A DNA stretch of 64,000 nucleotides from Amoebidium appalachense (Eukaryota > Protista > Ichthyosporea). Positions within the stretch are counted from its first letter, which is position 1. The number at the start of each line of letters is the position of its first letter. The position numbers were made by a program, and so were the translations under genes. Positions 53,353 to 64,000 of this stretch are shown here, piece after piece. The DNA is taken from the NCBI GenBank assembly GCA_963693365.1, contig CAVNZM010000002.1:16711615-16775614 (forward strand), given 5' to 3'. The notes below the pieces were generated by a model. The model worked only from the letters and a program-made list of their open reading frames with translations, did no database searches and was not told the origin of the DNA.

Positions 53353-56300
53353 TCAGCACATGTTGAGCATCCCCACGGCCTTGGTGAAGAAAGAGGCAGA
53401 CAGGGCCTTGGTGAACATGTCGGCCTTGTTGTCAGCAGAAGCCACCGGGACCACAGTGATGTTGCCCAGCAGGTGATGTTCCTTGACGGAGCAGTAGCGG
53501 ACGTCGATGTGCTTGGTCTTGGGCTTAACCCCCAGGGTGTCCAGCAGGGCCCGGGCAGACTCATTGTCCCCATGGATGGGCACCGGGGTGGGCTCATTGA
53601 TAGGATTAAGGCCCAGGTCGTCCATCACATAGTTGAGCCATAGGGCCTCGTTCGTAGCAGCAGACATGGCCACAAATTCAGCCTCAGTGGAGCTGTGGGT
53701 GGTGATGGACTGGAGCCGAGACACCCAGGACACAGGGGAGGAGTTTATGAAGAAGACATAGCCCGTGGTGGAGCGCCGGGTGTCGCGGTCCTCGGCGTAG
53801 TCGGAGTCGGAGTAGCCAACAAGGTTGGGGGGGCCGGGACGGTAGACAATACCCAGGTCGATGGTGGCCAGCAGGTAGCTTACAACTCTGGTAGCCATAG
53901 TCCAGTGGGTGACGGTGGGCGCATGAATGTGTCGAGTAAGGACTCCCAGAGCCTGGGAAATGTCGGGGCGGGTGGTACGCGCAATCCACAGCAGGGCACC
54001 GACCAGGCTGGCATAGTCCTCCTTCTTGCTGTAGGCTGGGGTCTTGTTGCTTTCACTGGCCTGGCCCGGGACGATGGGGGTCTTGGTGCCGGACATGTGG
54101 GTGAGACGAAAACGGGCAGCCAAGTCGATGATGTGTTGACGATGGCCCAGACGCAGAGACCCGTCCTCCAGCCAGGTAAGAGTGTGCCCGATGAGCAGGG
54201 TAGGACGACCCAGGTCCTTGGCAGAGAAACGAGCATCCAGCTTGGTGAAAAAATCGTCGATGAGCGCATCAGTGGCGGCCGTCACGGTGAAGTCATCCAC
54301 GTAGGCAGCAAGGGCAATAAATGTTGGGGTCCCGGCATTCTTGATGAACAGGCACGGGTCAGCAGCACTCACAATGAAGCCTTGGTCGAGGAGATGGTCA
54401 CGGAGGGCCTCATACCACTGGCGCGGTGCCTGTTTTAGGCCGTAGAGCGCCTTGTGGAGCAAGCCGACAGCATGGGGGGCCGAGGGGTTGACGAAGCCAG
54501 GGGGCTGCTCAATGTAGATGGTCTCGTTGACGGTGCCGTTGAGGAATGCTGTGTTGACGTCGATGTGGCGCAGAGGCAGACCTTGGGCCACGGAGGTAGC
54601 CAAAACCAGCCGGATGGTAGCCAGCGCAGCCACAGGTGACTCGGTGACGAAATAGTCCTGGCCAGGCTGCTGGTAGTTGCCCCGGGCCACAAGCCGGGCC
54701 TTGAAAGCAGTGACGTTGCCGACGTTGTCCTGCTTGACCGTAAAGACCCAGCCGACCGGAATGACAGTGGAGCCATCCTCTGGACGGGGCACAAGGGTGA
54801 AGGTGCCGTTGTCTTCCAGGGCCTTGAGCTCACGGTGTGCAGCCTCCTCCCATTTCAGACGCTGGGGACTCTTGAGTGCAGCCCGGACAGTCTTGGGGAC
54901 AACAATGGTGGAAGCCTTGATGGGTGTTGATGCAGGAGCCGTAGCCTGGGGGGCAAGGGGGGCCGTAGCAGCAGCCACGTTGGCAGTCGGGCCTCGACGT
55001 TGGTCGTTGTACACAGCGCCACTACGGGTCGTCCGGGGGAGCCGATGTGCAGGCTCGGGCAGGATCGGAATGTCCAATTGATCACTCGGCGCTGTCCCAT
55101 TGGCTGACAGACGAGACGAATCAGATTGCTGATCATTCCGGACGATGTGATTGGCTGGCTGATTTGACGAATCAGATGACTCCAAAAAATGATGAATTGC
55201 CGGTGCGGTCGACCAATCAGATGGGACATCACGGAGGGGGTGCAGAATAGCAGCCTCGTCGAACTGCACGTCACGGCTGACGGTCATCTTGTGTGCTGCT
55301 GGAATCCAGACCTTGTAGCCCTTGATGTTAGGAGGGTAGCCCACGAAGATGCCCTTGACGGCACGAGGCGCCAGTTTCGGTGTATCCTGTTGATGGACGT
55401 AGCAGGGAGAGCCCCAGACACGGAGCCGGCTGTAGTCGGGAGGAATGCCGGTCCACAGCAGGGCGGGAGACGATTGGCTGCCGGTGGCTCGCGACGGGAG
55501 CATGTTGCGTATAAAAGCCGCGGTCACAGCTGCCTCGGCCCAGAATCCCACCGGAAGGCCGGACTGCTGCAGGAGTGCCCGAACCATGTCGAGGAGGGTC
55601 CGGTTCAGTCGTTCGGCAGTCCCATTCTGTTGAGGAGAGCCGGTGGTAGTGATCTGATGGCGAATGCCATGCTCACGGTTGTAGTCCCCGAAGGCCGTGC
55701 CCATGTACTCGCCCCCCGTCGGACTGAAACACCTGCATGGGAACACCGTGTTGGGTAACCGCCGCCTTGTGGTACGTCACATATGCAGCCAGTGTGTCCG
55801 ACTTCTTGACGAGGGGCACGGCCGTGGTGTGGCCGGTGAATTCGTCGTGGAACGTCGCCAAGTACTGAGCACCACCGATCGCGGGAGGGAAGGGGCCGCT
55901 GATGTCGCTGTGAACCTTGGCTAGGACCCGGGGAGCTTGGCTAGTTGATTCGGAGAAGGCAACACGGTGGGCTTTGCCGAGGGCACAGGGCTCACACACA
56001 CCCGGAGACTTGGCACCGCCACCCACCAACAGGCCTGCAGACTTGATGACCGAGCGTACAGCGTCAATGCCAGCATGGCCCAGACGGTAGTGCCACGTGT
56101 TGAGGTCGGCAGTAACCTTGAGGATACGCGGAGCAGTGGTGGTTTGGGCGTCCGGGGTTGTGTCCGCGCGCAGAAGAGACACCGCCATGTGGTACAGCTT
56201 GGTGCCGACAGCCGAGCCGGTGGCCAGAATTTGATCGCCGTAGCACAACTTAACGCCGCCGCGGGTGTCAAAGCGGGGTAAAACACCGTTGGTAGTTGCC

Positions 56301-58891
56301 GTGAACACACTGATGAGAGTGTCGGGGATGGAGGGCACGTAGAGTACATCCGTCAGCTGATGCACCGCAGTAACGCCGTCGATGGTGCTGGAAAAGAACA
56401 CGTCGCCCACCCCAAGCACTGCACATGCACCCTTGTCGGCTACTTGGACCGTGGAGTAAGGCGCCGCACGCATGTTGATGAACACATCGGGCCGGGGGCA
56501 CACATGGTCAGTGGCTCCAGAGTCGAGGAGCACCTTGTTGGTGCCACAGTCGTTGCTAGACATGAGGAAAGCCCGGGGAGCGGCAGCCCCCCCCTTGCAC
56601 TGTGCCGTAGTGTGGGTAGTAGAGGCAGGGTGGTTGATGCAGGACCCAGGCAGGAGGGGACCACCCTTAGGTTTGCGGCCGTTGGCACGGTTGCCCCCCT
56701 TGCACATGGCGGTAGTGTGACTGGTAGACAGTGGGTGGTGGTTGACGCAGGAACCCTTGGGGTAGGTGCTGGCACGGTTGTTGCCAGAGTTGCTGTGTTG
56801 GCCGTTGCCGTTGGGGCACTGAGACTTGATGTGGCCTGGTTTGCCGCAGCCGTGGCAGATGACAGGTTGAGGAGCCCGTGTGGTGAAGGCGGCCGGCCCG
56901 GAGCTGGTAGTCACACGTGCACGTGGGTGGCTGGTCTCATATGCCCGTAGCTGTTGGAGGAGGCCCATCACGGTAGGCTTGGGTGTCATCTTGTAGGCAA
57001 TTACAGGCATTTCGTAGTAAGGCACCTTGCCGAGGTCGTTGGTGAGCTTGGTCAGCACTTGAGCATCACCAATTTGTGTGCCGTAATCGGCCAGGCGCCG
57101 CACGTAGCCGCGGAGTTTCATGGCGTATTTCGTCGCGGTGTCCGTAGGTTCAGGCGTAGAATTCATGTACAGCCCGATAAGGTCGTACTGATTGGCCTCA
57201 GATTGCTCCAGGTAGTGGGCAGATAGGGCCGACCATATCTCCGCAGGTGTGGTGGTGCGTGTTAACCCTAGGATACAACGCACGTCAATCGAGAGTGCTT
57301 GCCACAGGTAGGAACGGGCAGTGTCGACCTGTTCACGGGTAGCCGGGTGCTCCGTACTGGGCGCGATGGTGTGGAGAAGACCAGCACCAGAAAGCTGTTG
57401 GAGTGCAGACTTACGCTCACTCCACAATATGTGTATGTTAGCTTTACAATTGGTTCCGTGTACATAGACACATGCTGACACTCGATCACCACATGCACAT
57501 CTGCATAGTTGAGGAATGTTGCCAATTGTGTTTTGACTGCAAACGATTGGTTCACTGGTCCCAGAGATCTCTAAATGAAAGTAACCAATCCGATTAGCGC
57601 CTGGCATCCGGATTACATTCCAGACTGCTGCCCCACGGGTATATAAGCCACGTCTCTGCCAGGTGCAGACATGGAGTAAAGACATGGAGTTCAGACATGG
57701 AGTTCAGACATGGAGTTCAGACGTGGAGTTAAGTCATGGAGTTCAGTCATGGAGTTCAGTAATGGAGTTCAGTGATGGAGTTCAGTCATGGAGTTCAGTC
57801 ATGGAGTTCAGTCATGGAGTTAACACACTGAAAGCAGTAAAAAACGGGTCAGCGCCCAAGCGCGCCACGACGACCCTAGTCACAGCGGACTCTACTTCCA
57901 ACAGGGTTATGGGCCCAGACACGACACCGCGGCCTCTAACTTCATTAGAGACTTTCGCTTCCACAAACTCCATCCGCAGCAGCCTGCGACATCAACGTCA
58001 AGTATTCCACTTCATTGGCGGGGCACGCACCACAGTGGAATGCACACCCCGGTCTACCCTGCAAGCAGCCACACTCACTCTCTCTTCTCTAGTGGTGTGT
58101 ACACTTCTCCAATTGGGTAGGGGTGTTGGAGTGCAGACTTACGCTCACTCCACAATATGTGTATGTTAGCTTTACAATTGGTTCCGTGTACATAGACACA
58201 TGCTGACACTCGATCACCACATGCACATCTGCATAGTTGAGGAATGTTGCCAATTGTGTTTTGACTGCAAACGATTGGTTCACTGGTCCCAGAGATCTCT
58301 AAATGAAAGTAACCAATCCGATTAGCGCCTGGCATCCGGATTACATTCCAGACTGCTGCCCCACGGGTATATAAGCCACGTCTCTGCCAGGTGCAGACAT
58401 GGAGTAAAGACATGGAGTTCAGACATGGAGTTCAGACATGGAGTTCAGACGTGGAGTTAAGTCATGGAGTTCAGTCATGGAGTTCAGTAATGGAGTTCAG
58501 TGATGGAGTTCAGTCATGGAGTTCAGTCATGGAGTTCAGTCATGGAGTTAACACACTGAAAGCAGTAAAAAACGGGTCAGCGCCCAAGCGCGCCACGACG
58601 ACCCTAGTCACAGCGGACTCTACTTCCAACAAGCTGGACATACATGGTTTCGGCCCATGTGTGGTAGTCCGTGCCTGAATCATTATCAATGCCAGTGAAG
58701 AGAGGGATGTCGACCTTGAACTTGATGGAATCATTACGTGAGGGGCCCATAACCCTGTTGGACATTGTGTTCATAGAAGCTAGTTCTAGTGCACGTTGTT
58801 CCTTCTGTAAGTCAGAAATGATTGCATCTTGTGAGGCCAACCTCTGCTCCAGTAGTTGGACTAGTTGCTGCAACTGTAAGTTGTCAGACAT
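53353..58891 (-). CDS. Copia gag-pol polyprotein, interrupted by the 57396-58631 insertion and a frameshift at the G run near 55712-55717
   Basis: ATG 58891 lies inside the 5' LTR. CCHC knuckle CHGCGKPGHIKSQC, protease LLDSGATDH, pre-integrase WHYRLGH..CEPC, integrase D-D-E (HSDISGP, FQSDGG, NGTAERLN), RT KARLVARG..LYGLKQAP..YVDD and RNase H YSDSDYA..SSTEAEF..GDN. Confidence 0.95.
57396..58631 (+). mobile_element. Non-autonomous miniature LTR retroelement (TRIM-like), 1236 bp, inserted antisense in gag
   Basis: Two apparently identical 508-bp LTRs (57396-57903, 58124-58631), TGTTGG...CCAACA. PBS GGGTTATGGGCCCAG (57904-57918), 220-bp interior, PPT GGGTAGGGG, AGC on both flanks. Confidence 0.95.
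57666..57822 (+). repeat. 13-bp tandem array (CATGGAGTTCAGT/A), about 12 copies, in the mini-element LTR (repeated at about 58394-58550)
   Basis: Directly visible just downstream of the TATATAA box near 57639. Confidence 0.92.
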
Positions 58892-59520
58892 AGTGTCGTG
58901 TATGATGGGTAACTAGTCTATGTGTTTTGTGCACTGGAAACGACAGTAGAAAAGTGTAAATCAAACGTTCTGCTTCCCATGTTTGTGACATGGGAGGCAC
59001 TGCTTTATATAGTCGTTGGCCACCTCATGGTGGCCTCGTGTGCACCCTGGTGGTGGGCCATGTACAGCATGGCCGAAAAGAGAGCACAATGAAAACAAGT
59101 CGTTAAAGATATAAAAGTTAACTGTGCACGTTGAGTGGCTAGTTAACTTGCACTAAAGCACACAAATAAACGTGTTTAACACACCAATTGCAGTTAAACG
59201 TAAATCTTGCTTCACACAACTAAAAATATTCTGAGAATATCCGGGAATAAAGCACACTACCACTCTAAGAATAGAATCCTGTGGCAAATATAGACATGAC
59301 ATCATCTGAACCGGGAATATTAATTAATGAGCACAATTAGCACGTTGCTAGTGAAGCTCGTCATTGGTACAGTTTTGGCTCAAACATATAACTACCATAT
59401 ATGAATATGACCGTAAACAAAAGCTCTATGCACTCGAGTGAGTGTTGAAACAGTTATTCAATTGCTCAGAAACTTTCTCTAACAGACATTGCTAGCCGGG
59501 AGTACCAGTGTACTCCAACA
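58756..59520 (-). repeat. 5' LTR of the copia element
   Basis: Direct repeat of 52402-53166; minus-strand TATATAAAG near 59003-59011; contains the gag ATG. Confidence 0.97.
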
Positions 59521-60205
59521 GAGCACTCAGCGGAGAGAGTTTATGAAACCAAGCTCCGGGAGGGAGAGGCTCTCAGGGTGAGGGAACCCCGGGGGCCGGC
59601 GGCGCAGGGAGGAAGGGGAAGGGGGAAGAAAGTTGGAGATGAGTAGGGGGGGGAGCCTGGGAGAGGAGAGGGCTGAAGGCCCCTCCTGACGGTCAGCCGC
59701 GGGGAATAGGGGTGGAGTGGAGTGTGGTGGAGTGGGGTGTGTGTGTCTGTGTGTGTGTGGGGGGGGGCCATCACCGTTGGAGAAATTCGAATACAATGAT
59801 TCCGGGCCAGGGATCCTCTAAACTCTCAATGTCAAAAAATGGGAATTACCCGATGATATTGGCAAAGGCAGGATCCATAGAGATTCAACTGGCAGGCTAA
59901 ACCTGATTCGTATCTTGTGGGAGTCAGAGTTTCTAGTGAGGTGCCATGGCCGGGCCCCTCCCCTCACGCCAACGACTATATCACAATTCTCATGTACTGT
60001 AACAGCAGGTGTCGATCGCTTGGCATCAAGTTTCTATTAAAAAAAAAAAAAAAAAAAAAAAGTCGCCCCACATGCCATATATAGGCACACTGCCAGCAAA
60101 TTGAGCCAATGGATATGAGCCCGTATGTTTGCGCCAACATACCGACATTCTTTCTAAGATAGTGTTGGGGTGGCAAAAGGGCACGCGGCTGCAGTGATAA
60201 ACGCA

Positions 60206-60330
<125 letters not shown>

Positions 60331-60495
60331 ACACTGTGTGTGTGTGCGTGTGTGTGTGCGTGTAAGAATGGGGGGGGGGGGGGGGGGGGGGGGGGGAGGG
60401 GGGGGAGGGGGGGGGGGGGGGGGGGGGCTTATTACTGATGATAAACACCGTGATATTCCTACCCTAGGTTTCAATCTACCCTAGGTTTCAATCTA

Positions 60496-62194
60496 TTCTT
60501 CACATACACCCATGCCAATCCGCTTTTCGTAAGAACAATTCATGTTATGTTCAAATAATGGCACTGCACGATTCTATGCAAGTTGGTGCACGATATGTTG
60601 GCTTTATTGATTGGAAAACTGCTTACGATTCTGTCTCCGACCGGGTCTCCTATGGGAAAAGCTTGCTGCACGGGGTGTACCACACTTCATTGGTGTTCTG
60701 TTAGAAGCACTCTTGTCTCAAACCTATGGTAGAGCTGTGGTTAATGGGCATCTTTCATATGGTTTTGCTCGTACTAGAGGTCTCTTGCAGGGTTCATTGC
60801 TTAGCCCCTTTTTGTTTACTAATATTTATAGATGATTTGGCTGTCAAGATTTATGCCGAAAATGATGACCCTATTAATAACTTTCCGCCTGCACTTCTCT
60901 ATGCTGATGATCCGTCCCTCCTTGCCCGTACCCCTGGACGCCTGCAAAGACTGTTCGATGTAGTGTCAGAGTGGTGCAAGGCAAACCTTATGATCCTTAA
61001 CATAGACAAACGTGGTGTTCTTGTACCTGATATAGCTAACAATTTACCGTGACATTTACATTATCATCTAAACCTGTACCTATAGTTCCAGAATACAAAT
61101 ATCTTGGTGTTCCGGTTAATTCTGTTGGTGTTATGTTTTCCCATATGGTCGAAAAGAGGGTAGAGTTGGCTCGTAAGCGGTTAGCTTTCTTCTCGGCCAA
61201 TATTTTTAAAGACACACCCCTCCATCCTTCTATTAGACTTACATTTATTCGCACTTTTGTCTTCCCGGCAAGTGAATATGGTTTACCCCTTCTCGCCGCT
61301 TGGATCAAGAAAGAGAGAACTAGAGCGCTTAAACCCTTGGCAAATTTCCTTGAAGCAGAAGTTGTCTCCTTTCTATCTAACAACTGTTGTAAACCTGGGC
61401 CTGTAACGCTCTCGATATATGGTCTGGTCCCAATAGCTGCTAGAGTATCCCATCTCGCGCTGAAATTCAATAAGCACATAAGCCGCTTAAAGAAGTATTT
61501 GCCCTCCCACCCTCTCTTCTCTATCCGACCTGTCCCCTCCTCACCTCTCCCCTCTTTCCTTCCTTCTCTCTCTCCTTCTCTCCCGGGCACAAATACAAAT
61601 AAAGCCCGCAAAAGTGTGCGTGTGACTTTGGACTGCCATTTACTTATTAAACATGTACACTCACAAGATAATCACGCAATATAACAAATGGAAAAAGATA
61701 CCACACGACACTAGACCCGATGAAAGCAGACACCTTGAAAAACTAAGCCTTATGTCTAGTTTTTTATATAATGACCGCCTTAACCATATTGCCAAATATG
61801 GCACTCGCAAATGTATAACACCTAAATACATATTACCTTCCAGTGTAGAACTGGTCTTTCTCTAGCTGATGGTATTATTGATCAATTACCACGCTTTTAC
61901 TGTACACGTGCTATACAGTGGAGATCTAATAAGTATAAGGTGGCATCGTTTGCATGCCCAAACAACACACACACACACACACCAGTTTAAATGGTCATGT
62001 ATCGCCAAATGTAGTTTGATAGACCACATAATACCACAACACACACACGTCACATTCACAACAGACACCCAGAAAGATAGCCTACCTGTAAATTACAACA
62101 TCCTTAAGCTTGATTCTATACTAAACACGCGTAACTACGACCTGTTTATTAGATGTATTGATTGGCTTGAGAAACACATCAATACAAAATTCTA

Positions 62195-62195
<1 letters not shown>
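60496..62195 (+). pseudogene. 5'-truncated, frameshifted non-LTR (LINE) reverse transcriptase
   Basis: IHPCQSAFRK..FIDWKTAYDSV..LWEKL..RGLLQGSLLSPFLF..IFIDDL..LLYADD..N.DK..EYKYLGV spread over several frames. The last ORF's stop codon abuts (CGCA)n(CA)n. Confidence 0.88.
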
Positions 62196-62266
<71 letters not shown>

Positions 62267-63673
62267 CCAGCTGATAAAAAAAAAAAAAAAAAAAAGAAAA
62301 AAAAAACGGGGAACCCCCAACCGTTATTTTTCTTAGTCTGTATGGTGTCTCGTAGAGAAAGTAAACCCTGATATATAGTCATCACCCGACATCTATGTAC
62401 GTGATCATGATATACCGCTGAGGGGATATTCCGAGCAAACCCCCCCCCCATAATTGAGACTGGTCTCTCTTTGCCTCGAGTAAACAGCGTAAACCCCAAA
62501 CCCCTACTTTTCCCCCCTACTTTTACATGTATTCCCCCCCCCCCCCCCCCCCCCTCCTTTTTTTTTTTTTTTTTTTTTTTTTTTGCGTGCCACAATTTCC
62601 CACCCAAGATTCTATGTTTGACTGATATGTGCGATCGCGCGCGAATAATTGGTCGATGCAAGATATTTTGAGATTGCAATATATCTACTTTTCTCATTAT
62701 TCTTTGTTTTTATCCATTTTCATTATGGTGGCAATACCATGGTTAGGGTGTTTGGTTTATCCCTTGGGGGTGGATATATGTATACACAGGTAGTACATAT
62801 CAAGTTCGAAGAAGGCCTCTTCGTGGCTGGGCGGCTTTTCCAATGGAATTCATACACAGTGGCTGGCGGCACAACTTTCTTCTGACTGCATATTTAATTT
62901 ATAATTACCACCATTACTTGGTACTGTATGCACCGGGCATACTAGGAATATGTAACAAGCACATACATTACATCACACACGAGTCTGCATTCGTGGCCGT
63001 TGAGAAGGTGAATGCCGGGAGTTTTTATATCACCGACAAACAGTATGGAAATCACTCAACTTGACGACACTCAAGGGTACTACTAACTGGGTTCAACAAA
63101 TATATAATATAATTAAATAATCCACGTTGACATGATAGGTGGTTGCTCCAAAAACGCAGAATCTAATACCCTGTTATGGTAATGACTCCATATATACTGA
63201 AACGTACATCTAACAAAACATGTACGATCAAAGGCCCTCGACAAACGATAATAAAAACTATGCTTATAGAAACAATATCATTACGTCACCACTACACTAT
63301 TTCCCTAGCGCACTACCAACATCACCTTTACGGTGTTATAGTTACAGCCAAGTAAAAGACTTCGGAACTTGCCTCCCCCCCCCCCCCCCCCCCCCCCCAA
63401 ACACACACATACACACTCTCCTTCACCAGGACAGTCACACAGTAACACATTCTCTTCATCTATACACGAGTACAACTTCTCGACTCGAATCGAAAAAACA
63501 TGTGGAAAGAACAAGCAATACCTATTCTGAGGCAAAAATCCGAGGAACATTATGATTTAAGCAGGACCTGGTCGTGTATTGTTGGTTGACTGGTTTGGTG
63601 CCGGTGGGAGAGGTCTGGTTGGGGGCCGAGCAGCGGTGGTGGCAGACTCACGCTGCTGCAGAAACTCTTCAAA

Positions 63674-63722
<49 letters not shown>

Positions 63723-63743
63723 TGTGTGTGTGTGTGCGTGCGT

Positions 63744-63806
<63 letters not shown>

Positions 63807-64000
63807 TGCAGTGCATGTGTGTGCATGTATGCATATGAAACACAATTGTGTGGTGTAGATTGCAGTAAAAGAGGTTAATATTAGCCTCCATGTGTGTGTG
63901 TAGGCGTTGTGGCCAAACACGGGGGGTAGCCATAGAGCAAAAGGTGTTTACAACGGCAGAGAGGGGTGGAGCAAGTGTGTCAGATGTACCCGTGTGCGTG

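Larger units (their letters stand above)
52402..59520 (-). mobile_element. Full-length Ty1/copia LTR retrotransposon with a nested insertion
   Basis: Two apparently identical 765-bp LTRs (52402-53166, 58756-59520) bounded by TGTTGG...CCAACA. PBS GGTTATGGGCCC at 58754-58743, PPT GAGTAGGGG next to the 3' LTR, and domain order gag-PR-IN-RT-RH. Confidence 0.98.

Noticed and set aside
55705-55725. Programmed gag-pol frameshift
   Set aside because: The shift is in the middle of the integrase catalytic core at a G homopolymer. Copia elements use a single ORF, so an error or mutation is more likely.
53684-57226. Antisense and alternate-frame ORFs over pol
   Set aside because: They are shadows of GC-rich codon usage in the real gag-pol frame.
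57396-57685. N-terminal about 97 aa of the 670-aa ORF as part of gag
   Set aside because: It is the antisense of the inserted mini-element LTR; the true gag N-terminus is at 58891-58632.

Overview
Eukaryotic genomic DNA, probably from a unicellular opisthokont (inferred from protein similarity only). Introns and intergenic spacers are saturated with G/C homopolymers and (CA)/(GT)/(CT) microsatellites, so most ORFs in the supplied track are repeat artefacts. Splicing by eye gives six host genes: eIF3j (+, 8 exons), an intronless 7-TM GPCR-like gene (+), an F-box/ankyrin gene (-, 2 exons), ORMDL/ORM1 (+, 3 exons), YIPF6 (-, 7 exons) and a PA-TM-RING-H2 E3 ligase (+, 4 exons). The right end holds a young Ty1/copia LTR retrotransposon (-) with a half-tRNAiMet-type PBS. 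Its gag is interrupted by a young, oppositely oriented miniature LTR element that shares its PBS, PPT and termini, and both insertions show only 3-bp target duplications. A degenerate LINE ending in (CA)n follows. Hidden in the introns is a family of 5'-truncated retroposon copies that all end CATTC(A/T)A-poly(C) and all lie sense to their host gene; the longest carries a structured 3' region and a short Penelope-like peptide. Many splice acceptors are preceded by (CA)n instead of a polypyrimidine tract. Several frameshifts sit in homopolymers and are probably sequencing errors.
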